Numbered from the stretch's first letter, positions 1-10,320 are shown. The stretch: DNA of 63,693 bases from Verrucomicrobiota bacterium (GCA_038203875.1 JBBRDN010000003.1:1-63693), one strand, 5' to 3'. Notes: generated by a model not told the origin, from the sequence alone. Translations and numbers: made by a program.

Positions 1-40
1 CATGCTCTTTCTGCGCGATGCCCTGGAGGGAAGCCTATGA
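1..40 (+). CDS. 3' end of an upstream ORF (partial). Possibly the ECF sigma factor paired with the next gene.
   Basis: The frame is open from the window edge (..MLFLRDALEGSL) and ends at TGA 38-40. This overlaps the ATG at 37 in an ATGA junction, as is common for sigma/anti-sigma pairs. The identity is inference only. Confidence 0.3.
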   Translation, partial: MLFLRDALEGSL

Positions 41-648
41 ACTGCGATGAACTCCAGCAATTGACCGCCATCCGCGCGCTCGGAGCGTTGGACGGCGACG
101 ACCTGGCCTGTTTGGAGAAGCGCCTCGCCGAAGATGAATCGGCGCGCATGGAGCTCGCCCGTTTCTTCGATGTGACCGCGGCACTGATCTCCATCGCGGT
201 TCCGCAGCGGACCGCTCCTCCCGAGCTGCGGGGCAAGATCCTCAACCGCATCCGGCAGACGCCGCAATTGAAGCCGGGCCAACAGCCCGCAACGGCTGAC
301 GCCAAACCCGCGCTCCCGGACTTCAGCTTCATGCGGAGCGATGCGCCGTGGATGGACGGGCCGATGCCGGGCATTCGCCTGAAGGTTCTCTCCCTATCAG
401 AGAACCAGGACTACGCGATGCTGCTGGTCGATCTCGCGGCGGGAGTCGTCTATCCCGAACACGAACATGAAGGCACCGAGGACACCTACGTGCTCACCGG
501 CGACCTCCAGTTCGACGGGCGGGCGCTGGGCCCGGGCGATTCGTTCCACGCAGAACCCGGCTCGCACCACCACGCCATGACCACAGTGGAAGGTTGCACC
601 GCGATCTTCATCGTCCCGCGGAAAGCATTTCTCGCGATGGCCGGCTAG
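37..648 (+). CDS. Anti-sigma factor with C-terminal cupin domain (ChrR-like architecture)
   Basis: ATG start. Helical N-terminal segment, a Pro/Ala-rich linker, then a C-terminal cupin with the His/Glu cluster YPEHEHEGTEDTYVLTGD...GSHHHA. No H-x3-C-x2-C zinc motif in the N-terminal part. Confidence 0.7.
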   Translation: MNCDELQQLTAIRALGALDGDDLACLEKRLAEDESARMELARFFDVTAALISIAVPQRTAPPELRGKILNRIRQTPQLKPGQQPATADAKPALPDFSFMRSDAPWMDGPMPGIRLKVLSLSENQDYAMLLVDLAAGVVYPEHEHEGTEDTYVLTGDLQFDGRALGPGDSFHAEPGSHHHAMTTVEGCTAIFIVPRKAFLAMAG

Positions 649-703
649 ACGCGGCAGCCATTTCCGATTTCAAGACGGCCGCACTCCGTGTTCTTCTTGC
701 CGT

Positions 704-1411
704 GTGTCCGCAGATGCGAAAGCAACCGATCCCGTCATCAGCCGGCTGAGCTTCCAGGCCCGCTCGGGCGGGCGCGTGAAGCTGTTGCCCGGCTTCGACA
801 AGTCGCGCCACACGCTGCCCGACGCGGTGAACAACGCCACGACCGGCTTTCTCGCCAAACTCTGCGTGAAGGAACTGGAGGCCGAGGCGGAGTCGCTTTT
901 CCAGCGCGCCCGCACCGGTTTCAACTACAAGCGCCGCGACATCTCGCTCTCCGTCACCAGTCCGACGGCGGAACTGACGACCATCGACTTCGTGATGGAG
1001 TTCGCCTACGCGCTCGACGAAGACGCGCCGGCTGACTGGGTGTTGACGCGCACGCTGCATCCGAAGTGTTCGGAGGATTTCCTCAAGCGCCCGGAATGCG
1101 ACGGCCTGTTCGCGGCGACGTTTTCATCGCTCGTCTTCACGTTGGAAAAGGGGGCGAACGTCGAGGCCGTCATCGACGCGATCGAAGCCGCCCCGGCCGA
1201 GCGCGGGCTGAGCGTCGCGTATCCTTCCGACTGCGAACACTGCGACATCACGGCCGAAGACGTGGACGCCGCGATCCACTTCACGGGGGCGACGCTGGAA
1301 ATGGTCTTCCCACGGAACGGCAGCCCACGCGAACTGCTGGAAGGCTTCCTCGCGCTGCGGCACCGGTTCCGCCTCGCCGAAGACGCGACGCTCGGCGTGC
1401 TATTGCTGTGA
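704..1411 (+). CDS. Hypothetical protein
   Basis: 235-codon ORF with a GTG start. Balanced, non-shadow amino-acid composition, and it fills the gap between neighbouring genes. No family recognised. Confidence 0.5.
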   Translation: MSADAKATDPVISRLSFQARSGGRVKLLPGFDKSRHTLPDAVNNATTGFLAKLCVKELEAEAESLFQRARTGFNYKRRDISLSVTSPTAELTTIDFVMEFAYALDEDAPADWVLTRTLHPKCSEDFLKRPECDGLFAATFSSLVFTLEKGANVEAVIDAIEAAPAERGLSVAYPSDCEHCDITAEDVDAAIHFTGATLEMVFPRNGSPRELLEGFLALRHRFRLAEDATLGVLLL

Positions 1412-1417
1412 TCGGAG

Positions 1418-3325
1418 TCACGGCTTCAGGGAAACGGTGACGATGTTCGGCTTGGGCGGGATCTTCATGCCATGGCCGAGAAAGAAGCCCGGATGCGGCG
1501 GCTGGTTGTAGCCGACGTTTTGCCACGCCACACCGAGGCGATACTGCGGATCGTGCATCAGGGTGCGCAGGCGATGTTCCGTGGGGATGGTGCTGGTGAA
1601 GATGCGGAGTTCCTTGGCGTCGCGCGAACGCCAGATCACTTCCTCGCGCCAGTCACCGAGGATGTCGGCGCTCAGGACCGGAGTCGCCTTGGTGCCGTTA
1701 TTGGAGACGCAGTCGAACTCGGCTCCGTTGAGCAGCGGAACTTCTCGGCCCGCTTCGTAGTCCCATTTGGCGATCGTCGTGCCATTGAGCAGTTCGCGGA
1801 GAAGGTCGCCGTCCCACCAGATGCCGAAGTTGGTCGAACGCGGCGCGCGGCCGATGGGTTCGCCCTTGGCGGTCCGCAGGCCCGCCGGTCCGCTCCACAT
1901 TTCTTCGCCCGGATAACGAGGATCGATGTCCGCCGACATGCCGCGTCCGACGTCGATGCCGGGACCGTGGCTCCAGAGAATTTTGCCCGTCCGGGCGTCG
2001 TAGAGCGCGGTGCCGGGCGTGCCGAATTTCGCGGTGGCTTCCTCGTTTTCATGGATGCCAAAAACCTCGAGCCCCGGATGTTCCGGGTCCAAATCGCCGA
2101 CATGGAGCGCGTCGCCATGCCGAAGGTCGGTCGAGTAGAGACCCTTCCCATCGGCGCTCACGACCATCGAGTGGTAGACGATGTCGTCGCGGCCATCGCC
2201 GTCGACATCCGCCACGCTGACCGTGTGTGCGCCCTGGCCGGAGAAGGCGTTCGCCGCGTTCGTGGAATCGAAGACCCACCGCTGCGTCAACTTGCCGTCA
2301 CGCCAATCCCACGCGGCCAGCACGCTGCGGCCGTAATAGCCGCGACACATCACGACGCTCGGCCGCTTCCCATCGAGATACGCGACGCAGGCGAGGAAGC
2401 GATCGGCGCGGTTGCCGGTCGAATCATTGCCGCCATTGCCACCGCGTCCGCCCCAGCCGTCGAGCGCGCCGCGACTGGGAAAGTAGTTCGTCGTGGCCAG
2501 AGCCGCACCGGTGCGTCCGTCGAAGACGGTCAGGTATTCCGGACCACGTAGGATCTTGCCGAAGGTCCGCGACGCGGAGTTCGTGTCGCGCCAGTCCGCC
2601 GCCGCATCACCGATGGTTTTTCCCAGGCCGTCCTTTGTGCCGTCGGCCGTTTTGCAGACCACTTCGGCCCGGCCGTCGCCGTCGAGATCGTAGACCATGA
2701 ACTGCGTGTAGTGCGCACCCTCGCGGATGTTCCGCCCGAGGTTGATCGTCCAGAGCAACGTGCCGTCCAGCTTGTAGCCTTGGAGGATCGGAGGATCGGT
2801 CAGGCCGGCCTGTGCGTTGTCGCGGCCACGGCCGGCCTGATGGAGGACGATGTCATATTGCCCGTCGCCATCGAGGTCGCCGACGGAACCGTCGTTCGGC
2901 GCGTAGCCGGCCGGGGTCTGGAGCGGGACCGAAAGGAACGGCTGCGCGGGTGCGTTCGCCTTCAGGCTGAAGGAACCGCCTTCGTCGTCGGCTTCCTTTC
3001 CTTCCACCACGGCCCGGACGAACCACGTGTTCGCCAGGTCGGCAGGAGCGGCAATATCGGACACGCTGGTCGCCTGCGGGATCGGCGCGGAATTGATCCT
3101 GATCGGAGCCGCGCCGCCCGACCTGCGATAGAGGTTGAAGCCGACGTTGTCCGGATCGGTTCCCAGCATCCGCCATCCGACGAAGACGGCTCCGTTCGTC
3201 TGCTTCACCGCCACGACACCGCGGTCCAACCGCTCCATTTGGCGCTGGGCGATGGCGGACGGAAGCACGATCAACGCGAGAACCACGGCGAAGAAAACGG
3301 GTCGAGCACGCATGGGCCGGAGCAT
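1418..3325 (-). CDS. Rhamnogalacturonan lyase, polysaccharide lyase family 11-like (secreted beta-propeller)
   Basis: Internal ATG at 3325 gives the signal peptide MLRPMRARPVFFAVVLALIVLPSAIAQ. Motifs VGWRMLGTDP..FNLYR and repeated Ca-binding loops (GDLDGDGQYD, YDLDGDGRAE, ADVDGDGRDD) resemble YesW/YesX-type PL11 enzymes. The 61-codon upstream extension was discarded. Confidence 0.8.
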   Translation of the reverse strand: MLRPMRARPVFFAVVLALIVLPSAIAQRQMERLDRGVVAVKQTNGAVFVGWRMLGTDPDNVGFNLYRRSGGAAPIRINSAPIPQATSVSDIAAPADLANTWFVRAVVEGKEADDEGGSFSLKANAPAQPFLSVPLQTPAGYAPNDGSVGDLDGDGQYDIVLHQAGRGRDNAQAGLTDPPILQGYKLDGTLLWTINLGRNIREGAHYTQFMVYDLDGDGRAEVVCKTADGTKDGLGKTIGDAAADWRDTNSASRTFGKILRGPEYLTVFDGRTGAALATTNYFPSRGALDGWGGRGGNGGNDSTGNRADRFLACVAYLDGKRPSVVMCRGYYGRSVLAAWDWRDGKLTQRWVFDSTNAANAFSGQGAHTVSVADVDGDGRDDIVYHSMVVSADGKGLYSTDLRHGDALHVGDLDPEHPGLEVFGIHENEEATAKFGTPGTALYDARTGKILWSHGPGIDVGRGMSADIDPRYPGEEMWSGPAGLRTAKGEPIGRAPRSTNFGIWWDGDLLRELLNGTTIAKWDYEAGREVPLLNGAEFDCVSNNGTKATPVLSADILGDWREEVIWRSRDAKELRIFTSTIPTEHRLRTLMHDPQYRLGVAWQNVGYNQPPHPGFFLGHGMKIPPKPNIVTVSLKP

Positions 3326-3532
3326 CTGGTATCCGCCGGTAGATCGCACGCGCGGAGATGGGACAAACCACAGCCAATCGCATCTGCTCCTCCTTTTTGG
3401 CTCCGCGTCGGGCGGTCGCCATTCCCGGTTCTGAATCCGATCCTGACCCCGCACAAAAATGAGATTGCCAAGGTTGGTTAGGAGGTATCGCCTCAATGTA
3501 GTCTCCACCTTCCAAACGGATTTTCACACGCT

Positions 3533-6500
3533 ATGAAAACAGGTTTGTTCAGGATGTTCCTCTTCGTCGTCGCTACAGCGCTCGCCCTGACTGCGAACGC
3601 AGCCGATCCCCTCGATACATGGACGGTTCGCAATCCAACGCCGACGCCGAACGACCTGCGCTCCGTCACCACCGGCAACGGCCTCGTCGTCGCCGTGGGC
3701 ACCGCGGGCACGATCGTGACCTCGGCGGATTCCGGCGATACCTGGACGGTGCAGGATTCGATTCCCACCGATCCGAGCATCAACTTCGTGGGCGTAGCCT
3801 TTGGCAATGGCAAGTTCGTGGCGCTGCCGGAATCGGGTTCGCAGCAGCCGATCATCACGTCCCTCAACGGAACGAACTGGACGACCAATTCCACCTTCTT
3901 CGCTCCCGTTCCAACCGCTTTCACCGCCATCAGTTTCGGCGGCGGGACGTTTGTCGCGGTCGGTTACAGCGGCGACACGAATCTGGTCTACACCTCGACG
4001 GACGGGGTCGCCTGGACGCGGCGTTCGGCCGGCGAGAGCAACTCCGTCAACGCCGTTACCTACGCGCAGAACCAGTTCGTCGCGGTCGGCGGCACTGCGT
4101 TCCCGACCAACCGCGGCTTCATCATCACCTCGCCGGACGGCGTCACCTGGACGACGCGCCGGTCTAGCGTGCCGGCGCTGTATTCGGCGGTCGCCGGTAA
4201 TGCCACGGGCTTCGTTGCTGTCGGCGGACGGAGGACGTCCCGCTCCGCCAACGGGACAACGTGGACCGACATCACCGACGTGGGTATCGGGTTTGCCTCC
4301 CGGAATGCCGTTGCGGCCTCGGGAAGCCTGTTCGTCGCAGCGGACACCACGAGGGGTATCTCCGATTCGACCGCCTTCAACTCCTCGACCGATGGGGCCG
4401 CATGGACCGTGAACGGAACCCTGGAAAGCATCAGCGCCCTGACCTTCGCCAATGGCCGCTTCTACGCCGTCGGCACGGGCAACAGCCCCGGCTACTCGCC
4501 GCTGGGAACGCGTCCGGCGCTGCTGTTTTCAGACGACGGGATTTCATGGAAGCGGAGGTCGAGCGGACTGAAGCAGGGGGCTAACGGGTTAAAGTCGCCC
4601 GCGATCAACGCAGCAGCCTTCGGCAATGGCCGGTTCGTCGTGATGCCCATCGCGAACTTCTCCAACCCGACGTTTACCTCGACGAACGGTGCGGACTGGC
4701 TTGGGAACCCCAACGCCTACATAGCGGGGACGGCGAACGGAGTAATTTTCGCGAACGGCCAATTCGTCGCCGTGGGTGGTGACGCCTCAGTTGACTACAA
4801 CTTCACCGCCACCTCGGCCGATGGCACCAACTGGACAACGCGTCTCACCGGCAATCGCGGACCCCTTTCGGCGGTGGCCTTTGGCAACGGCCTGCATGTG
4901 GCCGTCGGCCGCCACCCTTCGAATGAGCGGCCGGTATTCACCTCGACCGACGCGGCACTCTGGAATTTTCAGGCCACGGGAATCACCAACGACTTGTTCG
5001 GCGTGGCCTTTGGCGCAGGCAACTTTGTCGCCGTCGGCGCTGCGGGCACCGTGGCGCGTTCGGCTGACGGATCAAGCTGGACCACGCAATCCATCACGTC
5101 GTCGAACCATCTCCGCGGCGTGGGGTTCGCCGGCGGACAGTTCGTGGCCGTGGGTGACTGGGGTGCGATCTTCACGTCCCCCAACGGCGCCACGTGGACG
5201 CGCCGCACTTCGGGCACGACCCTCGACCTGAACGTGGTGACGTTTTTCAACGGCCGCTACATCGCCGGCGGTGACGCGGGCAAACTGCTCACCTCCCTCG
5301 ACGGCATCGCTTGGAGCGCAGCCGATTCAGGAACCGACCTCGCCATCCTGGCCATGGCGAGCGGCGCCAATCGTCTCTTGCTGGTCGGCTCCGATTCCCT
5401 GTTGGCCACTTCCGCCGACGGACTGACGTGGATTGTCCGCAACCTGTTCCCGCCCGTCGATGCCCTGTTCCGCGAGGTGGTCCGCGTGGATGACCGAATA
5501 GTGGCGCTGGGCAGCAGCCAGGCGTTCTCGGCCACGGGTCGAAACTGGGCCAGCCTCCAGACCGGCGGTTTGGTCGCCGGCAACGGTGCAGTCTATACCA
5601 ACGGCCTTCTCGTAGCCGTGGGCACGGAGGAACTCGGGCAGGCGACAAAAATCAGCGTGTCGACCAACCGGGGCGATACGTGGACGACCACCAACCTCGG
5701 CACCTTTGGCCAGCTCTACGGCATCGTTTACGCCAACGGCCAGTTCGTCGCCGTTGGCGACCGCTCCGCCGGCAACGCCGCGATCATGACTTCGACCAAC
5801 GGTTTCACCTGGACCCTGCGGAACTCGGGAGCCGCCTTCGCCCTTTGGGACATCGCTTATGGCAACGGCCTCTTCGTAGCGGTCGGAGCAAGCGGAGGCG
5901 TGAGGTCCACCGACGGCGTCACGTGGACGTCCACCCCCGGCGCGGCGGGAGAAACCGTCACCTTTGGCGGCGGCAGGTTCGTGAAAGCCGGGGCGGGTGC
6001 TTCGGTTTCCATCGACGGCATCAATTGGACCGGCACCCTCGCCAACACAGTTTCGTTGGAGAACATAACCCACGCCTTCGGCACTTTCGTCGCCGTAGGG
6101 CCCTCCGGGATCTACACCTCGCCCGACGGAACAGCTTGGCAGAACCGGCTGGTCCGCACCCTGCAGAAACTGAACGCCGTGGATTTCGCCAACGACTCGT
6201 TCTACGTCGTCGGCTACAGCGGGACGATCTACCAGTCGGGCTACCTCACCAATACGCCGGCAACCATCCTGCAGCCGCCGCAGAGCCGGACCGTGGTCGC
6301 CGGAGCGGCCACTGTGCTCAACGCAAACGTCACGGGGCGGCTGCCGATCAGTTTCCAGTGGTTCAAGAACGGAGTGCCGATTCCCGGAGGGACAGACGCC
6401 ACGCTCACGATCAAGCCAGCCGCCGCGTCCGACACAGGCAGCTACCATGTGGTCGCGGCCAACGAATTCGGATCGCAGTCGAGTTCGCCCGCCACGCTGA

Positions 6501-7279
6501 CCATCGCCACCATCGGCGTCGCGGTGAATCCGGAGTATCTCTACCTATTCACCGGAACAACCGGCTCCTTCACGGCAACTGTCACGGGTGGCACACCGAC
6601 AGGCTACCAGTGGTGGCTCAATTCATCGCCGATCGCGGGAGGGACAAACGCGACCTTGACCTTCACCAACGCCCAGCTGGCCAACACGCTCGGCCTCTAC
6701 TCCGTGACGGCCTTTTTCCCCTTCGGCCAATCGGCAGCCACGAACTCCGGTTCGCTCCAGCTGGTCAATTCCCTCGACGAGATCTATCTCTACTACGTCA
6801 ACGGATTCCAATCGGTCCCGGTCGGCTCCACGGTGGAGATCGCGGCCTCACTCGGCGGACCGACGCCCCTCACCTACCAGTGGCGCAAAGCCGGCGTGAT
6901 CATTGCCGGGGCAACCAACGCGTTGCTCGTCTTCACCAACGCGCAGACCACCAACTCCGCCGACTACAGCTATTCCGTGACCTACACCCTGGGTTCCATT
7001 ACCAACCTGGACGCGTCGACCCTGCTGGTCTACTCCAACGCGGCACCCGTCCTATCGCGCGGGCAACTGCTGGATGCAAACACGCTCCAGCTCACGTTCA
7101 CCGGACTGGTCAACCGCAGCTACCAGATCGACTACACGACGAGCCTTGCGAATCCGGTGGTCTGGAGCGTCTACGACGCGGTATCGCTGACGACGAATCC
7201 CCTGAACTACCCGATCTCCCTCTCGTTCCTGCCGCCGTCGCCACAATACTTCTTCCGCGTCCAGATCCTTCCGCCCTAG
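3533..7279 (+). CDS. Large secreted repeat protein: about 20 Asp-box-like propeller blades, three Ig-like (I-set type) domains and a C-terminal FFRV module
   Basis: Signal peptide MKTGLFRMFLFVVATALALTANA. About 20 repeats of roughly 50 aa built on F-x-AVG..G.I.TS.DG..WT. Three modules resemble ..FQWFKNGVPIPGGTDATLTI..SDTGSY.. The protein ends ..SPQYFFRVQILPP. Confidence 0.85.
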   Translation: MKTGLFRMFLFVVATALALTANAADPLDTWTVRNPTPTPNDLRSVTTGNGLVVAVGTAGTIVTSADSGDTWTVQDSIPTDPSINFVGVAFGNGKFVALPESGSQQPIITSLNGTNWTTNSTFFAPVPTAFTAISFGGGTFVAVGYSGDTNLVYTSTDGVAWTRRSAGESNSVNAVTYAQNQFVAVGGTAFPTNRGFIITSPDGVTWTTRRSSVPALYSAVAGNATGFVAVGGRRTSRSANGTTWTDITDVGIGFASRNAVAASGSLFVAADTTRGISDSTAFNSSTDGAAWTVNGTLESISALTFANGRFYAVGTGNSPGYSPLGTRPALLFSDDGISWKRRSSGLKQGANGLKSPAINAAAFGNGRFVVMPIANFSNPTFTSTNGADWLGNPNAYIAGTANGVIFANGQFVAVGGDASVDYNFTATSADGTNWTTRLTGNRGPLSAVAFGNGLHVAVGRHPSNERPVFTSTDAALWNFQATGITNDLFGVAFGAGNFVAVGAAGTVARSADGSSWTTQSITSSNHLRGVGFAGGQFVAVGDWGAIFTSPNGATWTRRTSGTTLDLNVVTFFNGRYIAGGDAGKLLTSLDGIAWSAADSGTDLAILAMASGANRLLLVGSDSLLATSADGLTWIVRNLFPPVDALFREVVRVDDRIVALGSSQAFSATGRNWASLQTGGLVAGNGAVYTNGLLVAVGTEELGQATKISVSTNRGDTWTTTNLGTFGQLYGIVYANGQFVAVGDRSAGNAAIMTSTNGFTWTLRNSGAAFALWDIAYGNGLFVAVGASGGVRSTDGVTWTSTPGAAGETVTFGGGRFVKAGAGASVSIDGINWTGTLANTVSLENITHAFGTFVAVGPSGIYTSPDGTAWQNRLVRTLQKLNAVDFANDSFYVVGYSGTIYQSGYLTNTPATILQPPQSRTVVAGAATVLNANVTGRLPISFQWFKNGVPIPGGTDATLTIKPAAASDTGSYHVVAANEFGSQSSSPATLTIATIGVAVNPEYLYLFTGTTGSFTATVTGGTPTGYQWWLNSSPIAGGTNATLTFTNAQLANTLGLYSVTAFFPFGQSAATNSGSLQLVNSLDEIYLYYVNGFQSVPVGSTVEIAASLGGPTPLTYQWRKAGVIIAGATNALLVFTNAQTTNSADYSYSVTYTLGSITNLDASTLLVYSNAAPVLSRGQLLDANTLQLTFTGLVNRSYQIDYTTSLANPVVWSVYDAVSLTTNPLNYPISLSFLPPSPQYFFRVQILPP

Positions 7280-7300
7280 GCCTCCTCCCGACGAACCTCC

Positions 7301-8827
7301 TCAAGTCCACAACTGCCGATCAAGGCTGCGATACTGGATGGCCTCGCCGATGTGCTCCGACGTGATCGCGTCGCTGGCGGCGAGATCGGCGATGGTCCGG
7401 GCCACCTTCAGGATGCGGTCGTAGGCGCGGGCGCTGAGGTTCAGGTCGCTCATGGCGAACTTGAGGAGATCCATCGTCGCCGAATCGAGCTGGCAATAGG
7501 TCTTCAGTTCCTTGCTGCCCATGCGGGCGTTGCAGGTGATGCGCGGTTTGTCCGCGAAGCGTTTGAGCTGGCGATCGCGCGCGGCGATGACGCGGGCGCG
7601 GACGGCGCCGGACGGTTCACCCGGTTTCGCAGTCGTCATCTCCTGGAACTTCACGGCCGGCACCTCCACATGCAGATCGATGCGGTCGAGCAGGGGCCCG
7701 GAGATGCGCCCGAGGTAGTTCTGGATCTCGCGCGGTGAGCTCCGCGACTCGTGGGGCATCTTCCCGTCGGGCGTCGGATTCATCGCCGAGACGAGCATGA
7801 ACTGCGACGGAAACGTCATGCTGCCCGAAGCGCGCGAGATGGTGACACGGCCGTCCTCCAACGGCTGCCGCATGGTCTCAAGGACGTTGCGCTTGAACTC
7901 GGGCAACTCGTCGAGAAAGAGCACGCCGTTGTGCGAGAGCGAGATCTCCCCGGGAGCCGGGTTGATCCCGCCGCCGAGCAGTCCCGCGTCGCTCACGGTG
8001 TGGTGGGGGGACCGGAACGGCCGCTGCGTGACCAGGGCCTGGCCCGAATCCAGAAGGCCGGCGATGCTGTGGATCTTCGTCGTCTCCAAGGCCTCCTCCA
8101 GCGTCAGGGGCGGCAGGATGGTGGGGATGCGTTTTGCCAGCATCGACTTGCCGGTGCCGGGCGGGCCGATGAGCAGGATGTTGTGTCCGCCGGCGGCGGC
8201 GATCTCCAGGGCGCGCTTCACGGACTCCTGGCCTTTCACATCGGCGAGATCGAGTTCGTCGTCGGGCGTCTGGTTGAAGAGCGCGGTCATGTCCACGCGG
8301 GTCGGTGCGATGTCGAGGGCGCCTTCGAGGAAGGTGGCTGCCTCGCGCAGATTGCGGACGGGGATGACCTCGAGCCCTGCGACCACGGCGGCCTCGGGCG
8401 CGTTCTCCGCCGGCACCATCACACCGCGCAGGCCCGCCGCCTTGGCCGCAAGCGCGATGGGCAGCACGCCCTTCACCGGCCGCACGGCCCCGGTCAGGGC
8501 GAGTTCGCCCACGATCGCGAAGTCGCCGAGGCGCGTGGCGTTGATCTGTTCGCTGGCCGCAAGCATGCCGAGGGCGATCGGCAGGTCGAAGCTCGGGCCT
8601 TCCTTCTTCACGTCGGCCGGCGCGAGGTTGATCGTCGTGCGGCCCATCGGGAACTTGTAGCCGCTGTTGGCCAGCGCGGTGGAAGTGCGGTCGCGGGATT
8701 CGCGGACGGCCGCGTCCGGAAGTCCGACGATGACGATGAGAGTATCCCCCCAGCCGGCGTTAACCTCGACTTCGACGGGGAAGGCCTCGATGCCTTGGAC
8801 GGATGCGGAGCGGACCTGGGCGAGCAC
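7301..8827 (-). CDS. comM: YifB/ComM family Mg-chelatase-like AAA+ ATPase
   Basis: Walker A GPPGTGKSMLA, Walker B VLFLDELPEF, Lon-protease-like N-terminal domain. The start is uncertain: GTG at 8827 gives the family-typical N-terminus VLAQVRSASVQGIEA, while the ORF-track start at 8863 is a TTG. Confidence 0.9.
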   Translation of the reverse strand: MLAQVRSASVQGIEAFPVEVEVNAGWGDTLIVIVGLPDAAVRESRDRTSTALANSGYKFPMGRTTINLAPADVKKEGPSFDLPIALGMLAASEQINATRLGDFAIVGELALTGAVRPVKGVLPIALAAKAAGLRGVMVPAENAPEAAVVAGLEVIPVRNLREAATFLEGALDIAPTRVDMTALFNQTPDDELDLADVKGQESVKRALEIAAAGGHNILLIGPPGTGKSMLAKRIPTILPPLTLEEALETTKIHSIAGLLDSGQALVTQRPFRSPHHTVSDAGLLGGGINPAPGEISLSHNGVLFLDELPEFKRNVLETMRQPLEDGRVTISRASGSMTFPSQFMLVSAMNPTPDGKMPHESRSSPREIQNYLGRISGPLLDRIDLHVEVPAVKFQEMTTAKPGEPSGAVRARVIAARDRQLKRFADKPRITCNARMGSKELKTYCQLDSATMDLLKFAMSDLNLSARAYDRILKVARTIADLAASDAITSEHIGEAIQYRSLDRQLWT

Positions 8828-8935
8828 GGGCGGAGGTTGGGAAAGATGGGGCCATGCATGCAACTCGGAATGTTCAGCCCGAACCGGCGGCCGCGATCCT
8901 TGAACCCCATGCCTTGGCCCACGTAGCGTCCTGCC

Positions 8936-10306
8936 ATGACTCCCAGGTTCAGCGCCGTGTTCGTTAGGGACGGGGCGCCGCCGCGTCGGCGGGTCGTCAC
9001 CGTGGTTTCTCTGGCGCTCGCGGGAGCAGCCGCCGTGCTGTGGTCTTTACCCGATCCGTTGACCGCGCGGGCCGGGGCGCTGGCGGTGTTCTGCCTGACG
9101 CTTTGGCTGGGGGAGATTGTCCGGCCATGGGTTCCGACCGTGCTGCTGCTCCTGCTGTCGCCGCTCTTTCTCGGCGGGCTCAAACCGGGCTTTGGCTGGC
9201 TGCCGGTGGCGAAGTGGCTGCTCGAACCCGTGCTGGCGCTTTTCCTGGGCGGATTCGCCCTCGGTTTGGCGGCGACCCGCTTCCAGCTTGATGCGGCGGT
9301 GGCGCGCCTGGCCTTGCGGGGCTCGCGTGGAAGCCAGACTGGATTGCTCGTCCTCGTGACCACGGCCACGGCCGGCCTCTCCATGTGGATGTCAAACGTG
9401 GCCGCGGCGGCGATGATGTTCGGGGCGCTGCGTCCCTTGCTGGCGGGCGTCGTGCCCGGCGCGCCGTTGCGGCGAACCCTTCTCTTGGGAGTCGCCATGG
9501 GCGCGAACTTCGGCGGCATGGCCACACCCATCGGCACGGGTCCGAACGGCCTGGCCCTCGCCGCCCTTGAACAGTCGCATCCCATCAGCTTTTTCCATTG
9601 GATGGCGTTTTCACTGCCGTTGGCCCTCCTGATGACGGCGCTCGCCGTGGTGCTTCTGGCTTGGAGCGGGAAGCTGCGCGGCCATGTTCCCTTCGAGATT
9701 CCCGCCGCGGCGGCCCTCAGTGGCCGCGGCCGGGCCCTGCTGGCGATCTTCGCCGTGACGATCGCGCTCTGGCTGACGGAAGCATTCCACGGCCTCCCCG
9801 CGTGGCAGATCGCCCTGGGCGCATTCGGCGCGCTGTTCGCAGCCGGCTTTCTCCGGTGGCAGGACCTGCCTGAACTGGACTGGTCGACCCTGCTCCTGGT
9901 GGCGGGAGGCATCTGCCTCGGTCGTCTGCTGGAACAATCCGGATTCGTCCGGCTGGTCGCCGACCTGGTTCCATGGGCGCAATTCCCCGGGCCGGCGCGG
10001 ATGGCCATCCTGTGCTCCGCAACGGCGTTGCTTTCCGCCCTGATGAGCAACACGGCGGCCACGGCCATGCTGATTCCGCTCGCGATGTCCTTCGATCCCT
10101 CGCCGGCCGCCCCGGTGCTGGTCGCGCTGTCGGCCTCGATGGGAGTGCCGTTCGTGGTAAGCACGCCCGCCAATGCGATGGCGTTCGGCGAAGGTGGCTT
10201 GAGGACGAAGGATCTCCTGTTGCCGGGACTTTTGCTGATGGCCGTGGGCGTGGCGCTCGTGGCCTTCACGGGACCGACGATCCTGGATTGGCTGGGGGTT
10301 CCCTGA
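8936..10306 (+). CDS. DASS/SLC13 family anion transporter (sodium:sulfate or di/tricarboxylate symporter-like)
   Basis: Polytopic membrane protein with the duplicated hairpin motifs WMSNVAAAAMMF and LMSNTAATAMLIPLA typical of DASS transporters. Confidence 0.85.
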   Translation: MTPRFSAVFVRDGAPPRRRVVTVVSLALAGAAAVLWSLPDPLTARAGALAVFCLTLWLGEIVRPWVPTVLLLLLSPLFLGGLKPGFGWLPVAKWLLEPVLALFLGGFALGLAATRFQLDAAVARLALRGSRGSQTGLLVLVTTATAGLSMWMSNVAAAAMMFGALRPLLAGVVPGAPLRRTLLLGVAMGANFGGMATPIGTGPNGLALAALEQSHPISFFHWMAFSLPLALLMTALAVVLLAWSGKLRGHVPFEIPAAAALSGRGRALLAIFAVTIALWLTEAFHGLPAWQIALGAFGALFAAGFLRWQDLPELDWSTLLLVAGGICLGRLLEQSGFVRLVADLVPWAQFPGPARMAILCSATALLSALMSNTAATAMLIPLAMSFDPSPAAPVLVALSASMGVPFVVSTPANAMAFGEGGLRTKDLLLPGLLLMAVGVALVAFTGPTILDWLGVP

Positions 10307-10320
10307 TCCGCCCACTCGCG

